A stretch of 63,978 nucleotides of DNA, counting the filler, from Octopus bimaculoides (lineage: Eukaryota): the NCBI RefSeq assembly GCF_001194135.2. It is 5 parts of 5 records of this genome, joined end to end, with 100 filler letters (N's around TTAATTAATTAA, not from the genome) between each part and the next. Parts side by side here need not be neighbours in the genome. Positions count along the whole stretch, not along the records: positions 1 to 26,329 come from NC_068982.1; 4 more parts are not named here. One strand, written 5' to 3'. Below, one piece after another: positions 13,736 to 25,801 of the stretch (positions within the stretch are counted from its first letter, which is position 1; the number at the start of each line of letters is the position of its first letter). The position numbers were made by a program, and so were the translations under genes. The notes under the pieces are model-generated. The model ran no database searches. It was not told the origin of the DNA and was given only the letters and a program-made list of their open reading frames with translations.

Positions 13736-14050
13736 GTGGAGGTACATGGTCTAGTGGTTAGAGCAGCGGACTCGCGGTCAAGGGATCGCGAGCTTGAATC
13801 TCAGACCGAGCGATATGTATGTCTATGAGCGAAACACCTAAGCTCTACGTGGCTCCAGCAGAAGATAATGGCGAACTACTGCTGACTCTTTCGTCACAAT
13901 TTTCTCTCACTCTTTCCTCCTGCAGTTAGCAGCTCACCTGCGACGGCCTGGAGTCCTCTCCAGGTGGGGAACCTATACGCCAATGAAACCGGGAAACCGG
14001 CCCTTATGAACCAGGCATTGCTTGAGAAGGAACAAACAATAAACAACAAC
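13736..14050 (+). mobile_element. tRNA-derived SINE, family B (family A head, different 3' tail)
   Basis: Head similar to family A up to ...ctctcactct, then a distinct tail (gcagctcacctgcgacgg...aaggaacaaacaa). TSD aattatcacactt / aataatcacactt. Second copy at 23068-23359. Confidence 0.82.
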
Positions 14051-14439
14051 AATAATCACACTTATAAGATATTCATGACAGATGCGGCAACTGGTTTGTA
14101 TCATTCACAGATACATCTATAACATATAATGCCTATATGTTATAATGTCTATAATATTATGCCATATTAAAAACGTTTATAACCTGTACCTAAAAAAACT
14201 TGCACCTAGCAGAGAAAATATTTTATTGCCTCATTTTATGTTGTGCAATGTGTTATCGATATATCCTTGATTCATACAATCCAATCGTCGCACTTGTGTA
14301 AAACTGACGGGAGCGGATATTAGTGCATGAGTCGCGGGAACATGAGTTGTTTACTTAGCAATAAATTACAGAAATAAATCAATTAGAAAATAAATCACAA
14401 AATGATCTTTTCATTCGACATTTCTGCAACATTTTAAGT

Positions 14440-14730
14440 GCATAGAAACTTCTTCCTCGCTAGTTTTTGTTCATAAAGTATTTTGTAACTTCCCCTGTTC
14501 CCAAACGACGAAAGATACACTACAAAATGTCGTCATTAGACCACAAAAGGCCACTCTTCTTGCCATCAAAGACATCATTTTAGAGCTTATAAGGTGCATT
14601 GAAACTTCTTCCTCGCTAGCATTTTATAAACTCTCCTTTTCCCAAATGGCGAAGGATATATACTACAAAATATAGCTAGACAGAGAAATACATCTTTTTT
14701 TGTCGTCAATGACATAATTTTACAGCTTAC
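14440..14730. repeat. Degenerate ~155-bp tandem duplication
   Basis: aaacttcttcctcgctag...cccaaa.g.cgaa.gata...tacaaaat...ttttagagctta occurs twice (starts ~14446 and ~14602). Confidence 0.7.
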
Positions 14731-15114
14731 GGAATAAAATCTCATGCATCACATTTTGTAAACTTACAAAATATTCCTTCTAGTATCTGCTTAAATGAAT
14801 CTTCTATGTTGTTCAAGATTATCAATGTTTTTATGTCTTGAATATTTGTTTCCAAGACAATTTATCTTTTGGAGTTACTAGGTTTTAACAGATGTAGTTT
14901 GAGTTTTAAACCACTCAACTCTCAAACGTTGTTTCAACAAATCCATTCCAAGCATCTAACCCATTTGTTTCCCTGCTGAGATAATGTGTGTCACCTTTAC
15001 TTTCAAATCTGGTGCGGTCTTGATTTTCGAAATTTCATCTCAATGATATAGATATCCTCTACCATAACAGTGGAGGATGAGTGCACATACCTGGCTTGGT
15101 GGAACGCTACCCCT

Positions 15115-15230
<116 letters not shown>

Positions 15231-15435
15231 AAAGTGAAAGAGAAAATCACAGAAACAAAGAGTGATGTTAAATTCAGATAGTAGAGTTTTGCATATGTAA
15301 TACGACAAGTTGAAATAGAATTAGAGAAAAATATATTTAAATACAAAAGTGCTCCAGCATGGCCACAGTCAAATGACTGAAACAAGTAAAAGAGTAACCT
15401 ATCGTATTCATTGTTTTATTAATTAAATAGGTGTA

Positions 15436-16642
15436 CAGTAATCACTTGCTATATCGCGGTTCAGCTATCGCACCCTCAGTACATCGCGGATTTTTCTGGC
15501 TAATATGTGTAAATTTATATTGCCGGCTCCTCAGTATATCTCGGGTTTCTGTGGTCGATGGGTATTCATATTTTTTTTTAATTTTAATTATTTCTGAGGT
15601 AAAATAAGCATTTTGATGCCTAAAAATTAATGAATTAATAAATAAAAATAAAGTATAGTACTGCACTGCACAAAACATTAACTAAAATATACTAAAAAGA
15701 AAATACGTAGTCTACCGTAGATGAGTAAACAAAGAATCGCACATACTGTATGGAAAATGAAACTCGGGAGGCGAGTAAGTGGTGTTGTTTTCCATTTTAT
15801 AATAAAATAAATATACGAGGTCTGATCAATAAGTATCCGGACTGTTGTCACAGTAACGAAGCTAAAGCGCGCAGCGCGAAGCTGTTGGGCAAAGATTGAC
15901 CCTGAACTCTGCTGTGCATACGCACTAAGTTTTAACGTTCTAGCTCACTTCTGTTGTTTACAGCAGTGCTTGGAAGGGTGTGTAGCGTGTGATCGTCGAA
16001 TTGACCATAACAGAGAAAGTTGTCATGACGATACCTGCTCAGAGGCCTACGCAAAGTAGCAGAAAGTGTATGGAGACGCACACAAGTGGACGAGTGGTTC
16101 AGACGTTTCCAAGATGGTCGAAAAAATGTCGATACTGACTTGGGAAAAATATTGCAGATGTGCGTGCAGCTGTGAGTGGAAATCGACGAATCACCACCCG
16201 TGAGTTAACAGAAGATGTGCAGATTAGTTACGATTCAGTTCAGTCCATTATCACTGAAGATTTGGGTATGAGACGCGTGTCTGCCAAGTTTGTGCCAAAA
16301 CTGCTTTCAGCTGACCAAAAAGACACTCGGGTTTCAGTTGCACAAAATCTTGAGTGTGTCGAGAACTTTTTGAAAACTTTGCATAGGCCTTTCAGCAGGT
16401 ATCGCCAAGCTTTTGGCAAAATTTAATGCTAGAACGTTAAAACTTAGTGAGCATACACAGCAGAGTACAAAATCAATCTGTGCCGCCGAGCAGTTTCAGT
16501 TTGCGTGCTTTAGCTTTGTTACTATTGATCAGATCACGTATACAAATTATAAAAATAATAAGAAACAGTTTCTACTTCGCGGATTTTCACCTCTTGCGTG
16601 GGGTTTTGGAACGTAACACCTGCGATAGTCGAGGGATTACTG
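15436..16642. mobile_element. Non-autonomous pogo/Tigger-like Tc1-mariner element, interrupted by a nested mariner
   Basis: TIRs CAGTAATC(A/C)CT(T/C)G at 15436 and (reverse complement) ending 16642, both flanked by TA. Confidence 0.7.
15816..16538 (+). mobile_element. Internally deleted mariner with long (~120 bp) inverted ends
   Basis: TA-CGAGGTCTGATCAATA... / ...TATTGATCAGATCACG-TA. Inverted similarity extends through cactaagttttaacgttctagc. Transposase HTH remnant NRRITTRELTEDVQISYDSVQSIITEDLGMRRVSAKFVPKLLS (16160-16426). Confidence 0.9.
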
Positions 16643-16831
16643 TATAAGGTGGTGAGCTGGTTGAATCGATAACATATTGGACAAAATGCTTAGCGGCATT
16701 TCCTCCGTCTTTACGTTCTGAGCCCAAGTTTTTGGGTCGACTTGCCTCTCATCCTTTCGCCTGTACTTTCTGAAGTCTCAAATTAAACACACACACACAC
16801 ATATGGAGAGCGACTGATCTAGCGTTTAGGG

Positions 16832-17263
16832 CAGTGCTCGGTTAACCCATTAAACAAAATAAGCACGTGCTTAGGGCATCAAGAGATGGGGACACCACAG
16901 AAATGAAAATGGTTTACGGCACGAAAGAAATCACTTTAAACTTGCTAAAATAATATTCGTAATGCCTTATCTCTACTAAGTAGAGAAGCAGAAGTTTTAC
17001 GTAAAATGAATTTTAATGATATCATCGAACACATTGCAATTTAAAAAAGAAAAACGAAGGAGAAATTTTTTTAAATATAAACAAAATGGAAGAATACAAA
17101 AATAAACATTATTTTCCATTTTACTATTAGTTTGCCTCATTTTGAAAAATAAAAATTTATTTTACGGTTTATTATCATTTACATTTTGAACCATTTACAT
17201 ATACTTGAGGGCACCAAAACCTTTTAAGTGCTTAGAGCCTCTATGGGTTTTAATCCGACCTTG
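16832..17263. mobile_element. hAT-type MITE inserted in a SINE head
   Basis: Exact 8-bp TSD GTTTAGGG (16824-16831 and 17264-17271), degenerate CAG/CAA-initiated TIRs; the flanks rejoin into a tRNA-SINE A box. Confidence 0.7.
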
Positions 17264-18133
17264 GTTTAGGGCGTTGCACTCATGACCGCGAGATCGGGGT
17301 TTTAAATCCTGGATCTAGTGGCGCGTTGTGTTCTTGCACAAAACGCTTACTCTCACGTTGCTCTGCGATCATTTCGACATCTGACGCGTGTGGTACACCA
17401 TGCACCTGTCCAGGAAACATCGATTTGATGGAGGGAGTGAGTTAATGTACAGCATATACATTTGATTAATAAAAAACCAAATAATTTATGCAGGTTGTTC
17501 TGCAAGAAATTGCAGAACTGTCTTTCTCAGACTACCACACACACACTCACATACACACATGCACGCACGCGCGCGCGCTAATATTCGTGGCACACTAAGA
17601 CACCCCTTGCAGTCCACTGTTTCAGAACTACTGCTCTACCGTATGTCTGTATAAATTCAAGCACATACATAGATGTGCGAAGTTGTTCGTGTGTATGCGT
17701 GTGTGTATATGTGTGTGTGTGATGCGTGTGCGCGGATATTAATATGCATTTACTGCTATACAATGATGTACACGTGTTGTCACATGTTCCTGTAACAATG
17801 TCTATTAATGTCTCTTCTCTAAACCTTCAACAATTAATATTAGTGAAAGCAGCCAAAAAAATGTCGAAGAGTATAGTTTCATATTTCTACATTCTGATTT
17901 CATGATTTCAAATTTCGTTAACGTTGACATTTGACCTTCCTGTAATCGATGAGATCCTTTTCAGACAAGTACTGGAATTGCTTTAATAGACTAGAGCTAT
18001 GTCTGTTAGTGTACAGCTTTGTAAGAATGTAAGAAAGTAATAATAATGTTGGTGAATTACTAATTGACGGAAAATATTAGAGTTAATACGTGTAAGTTTT
18101 CAAATGACTGGTATATCTTTTTACTTATTTATG

Positions 18134-18182
<49 letters not shown>

Positions 18183-18533
18183 ATACATACATACATCCAT
18201 ACGTGTGTGTGTATGTGTATGTGTACAGTCAGATGGTGAGAGCGTTTTCCAATCTTCTCTAAGAGAAGCCAGACTTGCTGTAATATCTTCATTTGACTGG
18301 TCACCTGTTGCATACCTGTGACATTGTAGACATATCACTTGTAAAATATGGTTATTACATAACTCTTGGCTTCTTGAAACAGCTGTCACGATAAAACATT
18401 ATATAATATCTACATATATTTTTTATATTTTATTGTCATTCTGTATTTTTTTTACTCCATGTAAATATACGTATCAAGTCTAATTGTGTTTATCTAACTT
18501 TCTACCTCTCACCTCTTCACCGGATCGACATAT

Positions 18534-18572
<39 letters not shown>

Positions 18573-19057
18573 NNNNNNNNNNNNNNNNNNNNNNNNNNNN
18601 NNNNNNNNNNNNNNNNNNNNNNNNNNNNNNNNNNNNNNNNNNNNNNNNNNNNNNNNNNNNNNNNNNNNNNNNNNNNNNNNNNNNNNNNNNNNNNNNNNNN
18701 NNNNNNNNNNNNNNNNNNNNNNNNNNNNNNNNNNNNNNNNNNNNNNNNNNNNNNNNNNNNNNNNNNNNNNNNNNNNNNNNNNNNNNNNNNNNNNNNNNNN
18801 NNNNNNNNNNNNNNNNNNNNNNNNNNNNNNNNNNNNNNNNNNNNNNNNNNNNNNNNNNNNNNNNNNNNNNNNNNNNNNNNNNNNNNNNNNNNNNNNNNNN
18901 NNNNNNNNNNNNNNNNNNNNNNNNNNNNNNNNNNNNNNNNNNNNNNNNNNNNNNNNNNNNNNNNNNNNNNNNNNNNNNNNNNNNNNNNNNNNNNNNNNNN
19001 NNNNNNNNNNNNNNNNNNNNNNNNNNNNNNNNNNNNNNNNNGAGTGAATAATTATTA

Positions 19058-19158
<101 letters not shown>

Positions 19159-19303
19159 CAATAATGATAAAATAAAACAACAGTCAAATTATTGGGGTCG
19201 ATACAATCAACCACACCAGTTCCAAAAATATCTGGCCTTGTGCATATATTTCTTTACGAACGCTGGGTTTTATTACTTCTTAATTTTGTAATTATATTTT
19301 CAG

Positions 19304-19511
19304 AACATCTGGAAATGCAGCATATATTCTTGGAATTTTGGCAGAAACTGAACAAGGATTTGAAAGAATTTATTCCATTGGAAATAAAACGTCTTCCTTA
19401 GAATCGGTCAACAGTTGCGCAACTACTTTGATGTTGGATTCTTTGGTCAGCCTACTTGCGTCAAGTGATCCTGAGAATGTAATGAACGCTTCAGGCACTT
19501 TAGGAACTTTG
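19304..19511 (+). CDS. Armadillo/HEAT-repeat protein, next coding exon (TSGNAAYILGILAETEQG...ASSDPENVMNASGTLGTL)
   Basis: Acceptor ttatattttcag, 208 nt open (1 nt + 69 codons), donor TTG|GTGAGC. Phase 2 in, phase 0 out. Two ARM-like helix-3 motifs (SGNAAYILGILAE, VMNASGTLGTLAE). Confidence 0.88.
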
Positions 19512-19739
19512 GTGAGCTGTCTGGTTGATCATCTTTCATTCAATTGGTCTTTACCTTTCATGTAACTTTCATTTAAAAGCTCTTTATCTTCAGCAACTGA
19601 CAAGCTCATCTGTGGTATTGAGTAGAATATTTGCTGTACCCACTCTTTTACATCAAGACAACAGATGTACACGTTAACAGTTTCAATCAGTTAAGATCAG
19701 AAACCATGAGAGCCACTACCTGGTATTACATCAGGGTTG

Positions 19740-20390
19740 CATTGAGTACCACGTATACATATGCTGTCTTTCCGTAAGTTTGAAAGCAGTTGTTAATCTG
19801 CTCTTTCGAAATATGCTGCAATGAGACGAGGAGATAAGTAGAACTGGCACACCATACACCTGCACATTGAGTGGTCCACAGTACATGGATTTCAGAAATA
19901 TGAATATCATTGCAAGAAATATTGACATGGACGTTGACTCTTGGTCTGATGTCACCTTTTCAACACAGAATGGACATGTGGTGATCGTGGAGGCGAACTC
20001 CAACAGTATATGACCTTGTAGATTCCGTACCGACCTCTGATTCGTAATGACCTTAAAGCCACATAATGTCTACCTCAAAGCTATAGCTCACAGAGGGAGT
20101 GGAGACGAGGTTACTCAGACTGGTGGACAGGAGGTTTAGATACTATATATGTGGTAATAAAGACCACTTGAAAGCCTATAACAAAAGAGGATGGCAGAAA
20201 GCAGCAGAGACAACAACAACTTCAAGCCTCACCCTAGACGTGAAAGACATTTAGGTTTCTGCTACCGTTGTTTTCAAAGCACCACCGTTTGCAATTTCAA
20301 TGAGGACCAGAGCAGAAGCAAATGAAATAACCCTATTCCCAATGCCACCAATAACTAGTTTGTTTAACGTCTACTCGAGACTATTATAAC
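19740..20390 (+). mobile_element. Possible decayed LTR-retrotransposon gag remnant
   Basis: Stop-ridden translation includes YDLVDSVPTSD and a zinc-knuckle-like YICGNKDHLKA; weak. Confidence 0.3.
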
Positions 20391-21400
20391 TCTGATTTAT
20401 TATTGAGATAGTTAAAGTGTTAAAACTTTTTACTTTATTTATTGCATTCAACTCTGTTTTATGTAATAATCTAATACATCTATAGTTTTCCTTATTAATC
20501 TTTTCTTTCATTTGTATGTGTTGTACACTGTCAACTCCATTAATCTTTAAATATTAAGTATGCTTGTGTTTGTCGTAATTTTCTCGTCCCACTTTCTTTA
20601 GCAGTATGATATTAATGTCTTTAATTAATCCTTGTCAGTTTCTTTATAAGCATGATATTAATTATGGTTGCCTTGGCGCATTTTTCTAATCCAAATCTCA
20701 TCTCCATTTTTCTAATGAATGCCCGTGCTTTCTGCTTCTAATTGCTTATCAATCACAGGTTACAGCTTGAGTTCGTTCATACACAGAAAATGTTTGATTG
20801 TCCTACCATAGCATTTGTATTCAAGTCCAGTTTAACATGGCAGTTAAAGGGGTTAGCACCAGACAGAAAAATAACGGAGAGGGAGAAGGAGTCATTTCAA
20901 ACATTCTTCTCATGGAAATAGGTCTAGTTTTTATAAATCCCTGTTTTAATTGTATCTGCACAATAGTTTGTCACTTGCTTATGACGTGTTTCATGAGACT
21001 TCTTATTACTAGTGTTGCCTTACTCATGGCTAATTTTAGAAGGATCTACGTGTAGGGAATGATATCAAAAGCCTCCTAATAGTCACTACATGCCATGTTC
21101 AGACTCTTCTTTCTTTCCCTGCAGTTTTCGATTATGGCTTTGTTGATTAGTAATTGATCTTTTCTGTAATATGAGCCTTTGGAACATCCCTTTTTTTTTT
21201 TACTTCTGGAAACAGACCGTTTTTTGCCTCAGTGTTTACTTACTCTCTGCGATATTATTGCAGAGAAAGCTTTGTGAGCCGTGGAAAAGCTGTGTAGTTT
21301 TAGGGCTTGCTGTGTTTTTAGTCTTGGGAATGAAGGTGGCTTTTTTCTTCTCACTGAACTAGTCCGGGAGCCTCAAGCTAACCTCCAACCGTAACCACCC
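20390..21400 (-). mobile_element. R4/Dong-like non-LTR retrotransposon RT fragment (decayed)
   Basis: Frameshifted translation gives KDQLLINKAIIENC...AFDIIP, RFGLEKCAKAT and QMKEKINKENYRCIRLLHKTELNAINKV, characteristic of R4/Dong RT and post-RT regions. Confidence 0.8.
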
Positions 21401-21779
21401 CAACTTATGCTCAAAATTAATGTATTCAGGACTATATTATTCACTAATCTCTTTCTTTTCTTAAGATCACTGGATATGATTTCAGGGAAATTTAGCTGCT
21501 CCTTCCCTGGTTTATTGGAGCTGGGTTTTTTTTACTGACATCAAATATATATTTCTTTCTTACTCATTTTCACCCTGGTGATGTAAAGAAAGATGTCGCC
21601 TACTTTTGGGTGGTGCATATAATATATGGGATATATATATATCTAGTTTTCTTCTGTTACATCAGAACAATGACCTTTGCGAAGCTAATGTTCAGGAAAC
21701 TTTCAGAAAAAGGAGTAAAGATATTCCTTATGCTATACTCTTTTACCAATTTAAAAGTCACTTACTTTATTCAATGCAG

Positions 21780-21910
21780 GCAGAATCTCAAAGAGGTCGT
21801 GACTGGATGCTCGAATCCCGGTGTATTAGTTCCATGATCGACACTGTGACGTCACTGCTTACGTCAGAGAATTTGTGGACATCAAGCAATTGTGCTCTTA
21901 TATTAGCTCG
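21780..21910 (+). CDS. Armadillo/HEAT-repeat protein, third coding exon (AESQRGRDWMLESRC...SENLWTSSNCALILAR)
   Basis: Acceptor cttactttattcaatgcag, phase 0 in (matches previous exon), 43 codons + 2 nt, donor CG|GTGAGT. Third ARM-like motif (LLTSENLWTSSNCALILAR). Confidence 0.88.
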
Positions 21911-22183
21911 GTGAGTATAAGGATAAATTAACAATGTTTAAACAATTTAATTATTAATGCATTGAATACTGTACGCCCCAAAATTCTTTATTAACCTGAA
22001 ATTTCGTCTTTCGTTGGAGAAAGAAAACAAAAACCTAATGGTATCTGTTTACAACTTTTTAAAATAAATTATCTCACACGACACATTCTCTTTTCAAGAA
22101 CCATACATATGCTTTTGACGACCTCTCAAACTAGCATGAATAAGGATGCGTGCGTATATATATGTGCATGTAAATATATGTAT

Positions 22184-22280
<97 letters not shown>

Positions 22281-22359
22281 TACATGCATACTGTAAAATA
22301 TATATAAGTTTGTTTAAATATGACTATACTTTGAATACTGAGTCCACCAATTACTCTTT

Positions 22360-22790
22360 TACTCTTTTACTTGTTTCAGTCATTTGACTGCGGCCATGCT
22401 GGAGCACCGCCTTTAGTCGAGCAAATCAACCCCAGGACTTATTNNNNNNNNNNGCTGGAGCACCGCCTTTAGTCGAGCAAATCAACCCCAGGACTTATTC
22501 TTTGTAAGCCTAGTACTTATTCTATCGGTCTCTTTTGCCGAACCGTTATCCTACGGGGACGTAAACACACCAGCATCGGTTGTCAAGCGATGTTGGCGGG
22601 ACAAACACAGACACACAAACACACACACATATATATACATATACATATATACGACAGGCTTCTTTCAGTTTCCGTCTATCAAATCCACTCACAAGGCTTT
22701 GGTTGGCCCGAAGCTATAGTAGAAGACACTTGCCCAAGGTGCCACGCAGTGGGACTGAACCCGGAACCATGTGGTTAGTAAGCAGTTGTT
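22360..22790 (-). mobile_element. SINE family C, full-length
   Basis: Reverse complement of family C with internal (CA)n(TA)n; interrupted by a 10-N gap with duplicated flanks. Confidence 0.82.
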
Positions 22791-22799
22791 TTAAAACAA

Positions 22800-22998
22800 T
22801 CTATTCTACAATAGGCATGAGGTATGAAATTTGTCGGGGAATGGGATAATCGATTACATCGACACCAGTGTCATCGGTCACGGAAGGATGAGAGACAACG
22901 TCAACTTCGGCGGAATTTGAACTCAGAATCTAAAGATAGACGAAATGACGTTCACCATTTTGTACGGCAAGCTAACGATTCTGCCAGCACGCCGCCTT
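22800..22998 (-). mobile_element. SINE family D monomer
   Basis: From ggcatgaggtatgaaatt to gctaacgattctgccagcacgccgcctt, the family D reverse complement. Confidence 0.7.
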
Positions 22999-23067
22999 AG
23001 AATTGTAATAAAATAACCCTTTCTACAATAGAATAAAATAACCTTGCAATAAAATAACCTTTCTACA

Positions 23068-23359
23068 GTGGAGGCACATGGCCTAGTGGTTAGAGTAGCG
23101 AACTCGCGGTCTAGGGATCGCGGGCTCGAATGTCAGACCGAGCGATGTGTGTGTGTTTATGAGCGAAACACCTAAGCTCCATGCAGCTCCGGCGAACTTC
23201 TGCCACAACTGTGTCTCACTCTTTCCTCCTGCATCCAGCAGCTCACCTGCGACGGACCGGCGTGCCGTCCAGGCGGGGAACCTATACGCCAATGAAACCG
23301 GGGAAACGGGCTGTTATAAGCCATAGAGCATGGCTCAAGAAGGAACAAACAACAACAAT
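23068..23359 (+). mobile_element. tRNA-derived SINE, family B, inserted in the tail of a family D SINE
   Basis: Colinear with 13736-14050. The flanks join to give ttctaca-ataggcacaagg, the family D tail. Confidence 0.78.
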
Positions 23360-23768
23360 AGGCACAAGGCCTGAAATTGTAGGGGACAAGCTAGTCGATT
23401 ACATCTACTCAAGTAATCAACTGGTATTTATTTCATCGACCCGGAAAAGGTAAAAGGCAAAGTCGACTTCGGTGGTCCTTGAACTCAGAACGGAAAGACG
23501 GACAAAATGTTGCTGAGCATTTTGTCCGGTGTGCAAACGATTCTAATTTCTTTACTGCCCACAAGGGGCTACACACAGAGGGGACAGACAAACTGATTAA
23601 GTCGATTATATCGACTCCAGTGTGTAACTGGTACTTATTTAATCGACCCCGAAAGGATGAAAGGCAAAGTCGACCTCGGTGGAATTTGAACTCAGAACAT
23701 ACCGGCAGACGAAATACCACTAAGCATTTCGCCCGGCGTGCTAACGATTTTGCCAGCTCGCTGCCTTA
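23360..23768 (-). mobile_element. Dimeric SINE (family D)
   Basis: Two monomers joined at gcaaacgattctaatttctttactgcccacaagggg (~23533-23570); ends gccagctcgctgcctt. Confidence 0.8.
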
Positions 23769-23879
23769 GAATTGCATTAAAATAATAACTTCAGTTTACG
23801 CACACACGCACATATACACACACATGTTTGCATGTAACTATGTGCGTGTGTGTGAGTGAGTAAATGAATGTGTGTGCAT

Positions 23880-23910
<31 letters not shown>

Positions 23911-24567
23911 CGCGCGCGTGATTGGCGTGCACATATCAACAAAGATATGATTCACATAGACGTTCCTAAATATCCATGTATACTTGAGCATGGACGGGCA
24001 CACACACACACACGCGCGCGCACACACACAGAGACACATCCCGAAATAATCTTAAAATCATTATTAAATTTAATATTAATCTAGTGATGCATTTATTTAC
24101 TCAAACCCCAGCCTACTACACATTATTGTTGCTACTGTGACTTCTGTTTTTGCCAAAGTCTTTTTATTATTGCTTCTGTTTTAATATTTGATTTGGCCAG
24201 CTTCCGTTATACTTAATACAAACAAGATTTCGTAGTAAAACTAACTACATCAATCTTGTGAAAACATTATCTGTTGAAAAGACAACCAGTTTAATCCCCT
24301 TCTCATCGTATAGATTATATAGATTTGTCATTCACTGTAGTATTTCATGTTATATATGTTGTTACTAGCTGTGATAAACGTCTCTTGCGAGGATGCTGAA
24401 ATGTGGTTCTTTATTAAGTAGTGGCAAAAGAGAAGCAACCAAATGGTAAAGCAATACTTGAATGATAAAGTATAGCTGACATCCATCCTTCTTCTTGTCA
24501 ATACATGTAATACGAAAATGTGGTCATTTGAAAGTAAGGGCTGTGCCGTAAATATATGTGTGTGTGT

Positions 24568-24620
<53 letters not shown>

Positions 24621-24622
24621 CG

Positions 24623-24657
<35 letters not shown>

Positions 24658-24909
24658 GCACATGCACCTGTTTAGGCAACATTGATTTGATGGAGGGAGT
24701 GAGCTGATGTACAACACACACGTTTAATCAGAATAAACAAATTATTTGTGCAGGTCGTTTGGCAACTAGATCTCTATTAGATCTCTCNNNNNNNNNNTAT
24801 GTATGTATGTATGTATGTATGTATGTATGCATGTATGTATGTATGTTTGTATGTATTATGTATGTATGTATTATGTATGTATGTATGTATGTATGTATGT
24901 ATATATGTA

Positions 24910-25770
24910 CTAGCTGACGTACCCGGTAATTCCCGGGAAAGCGGGGCTTATCTCTTGGTTCCGCTTTCATAATTGTTTCGCTAATCCATTTACAACAATA
25001 CAAAGTACGTAGCCCTTAAAACGATTTTTGTGCATTTACAGAGAATACCGAACTGTCTTACACAGGATCTTGTTGTTAGGAATTCCCAATAAGTTATGAA
25101 TACCTAAATTGTGAAGTCGGTTATGTAATAACATGAAACTAGTTACCCGATTGTAAGAATTCAAATAAAGTAGCCCCGAAAAGGACTTTAATGCGTTCCC
25201 AGAGTATATAGAACTTAGAAGGAAATACTAATAAGGTATGTATACTAGAATCGTGAGGCATGTTACGTAATAACAGGCTAATCAGGTATGAGATAATGAC
25301 AATTCAAAGTAGATAACTCTGAGAAGGGCTTTTGTGCGTTCTCAGAGAAAATTACCCTCAGCGACGCTAGTGTTCGTATATTCGTGAATAATTCACTAGC
25401 CGAAATAAGTGGATCTATTGCTTGGGAAAATACTATTTACTTGTTTAAGGGTTGTACTGGATAAATTGCGAAAATAACTCTAACAGTTCAAATATTAAGA
25501 ATTAAGCATACTCAATTTGATTTATACCAAATGATTTAGGAAAATGAATGGGTTATTTCCCCTAGCTATTAATATGAAATATATTAGATATATATATAAG
25601 GATCCCTTCTAGGGGCTCTATTATCGATTTTTTTTCAACAATTTGTGTATGCCATGAGGTTTCCAGACATGAGTTCTACTCACGTGCCAAGTTTTATCAA
25701 AATCGATAAAACGATGTAGGAGGAGTTAACTCACAACTCCACAAGCACACCTACAGACAGAATTTCCCAC

Positions 25771-25775
<5 letters not shown>
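24910..25775 (-). mobile_element. Non-autonomous Helitron-like element
   Basis: 3' end on - strand: GC hairpin cccgg-taattc-ccggg (24922-24937) just before CTAG (24910-24913), followed by T. The other end has the gccaagttttatcaaaatcg...acagacag motif common in such elements. Confidence 0.6.

Positions 25776-25801
<26 letters not shown>

Noticed and set aside
19700-19725. cctggtattacatc resembling the U2 snRNA 3' stem
   Set aside because: No other U2 sequence nearby; it appears to be part of a dispersed repeat end.
22398-22500. ~46-bp direct repeat around a 10-N gap
   Set aside because: Exact overlap of contig ends; an assembly artefact.
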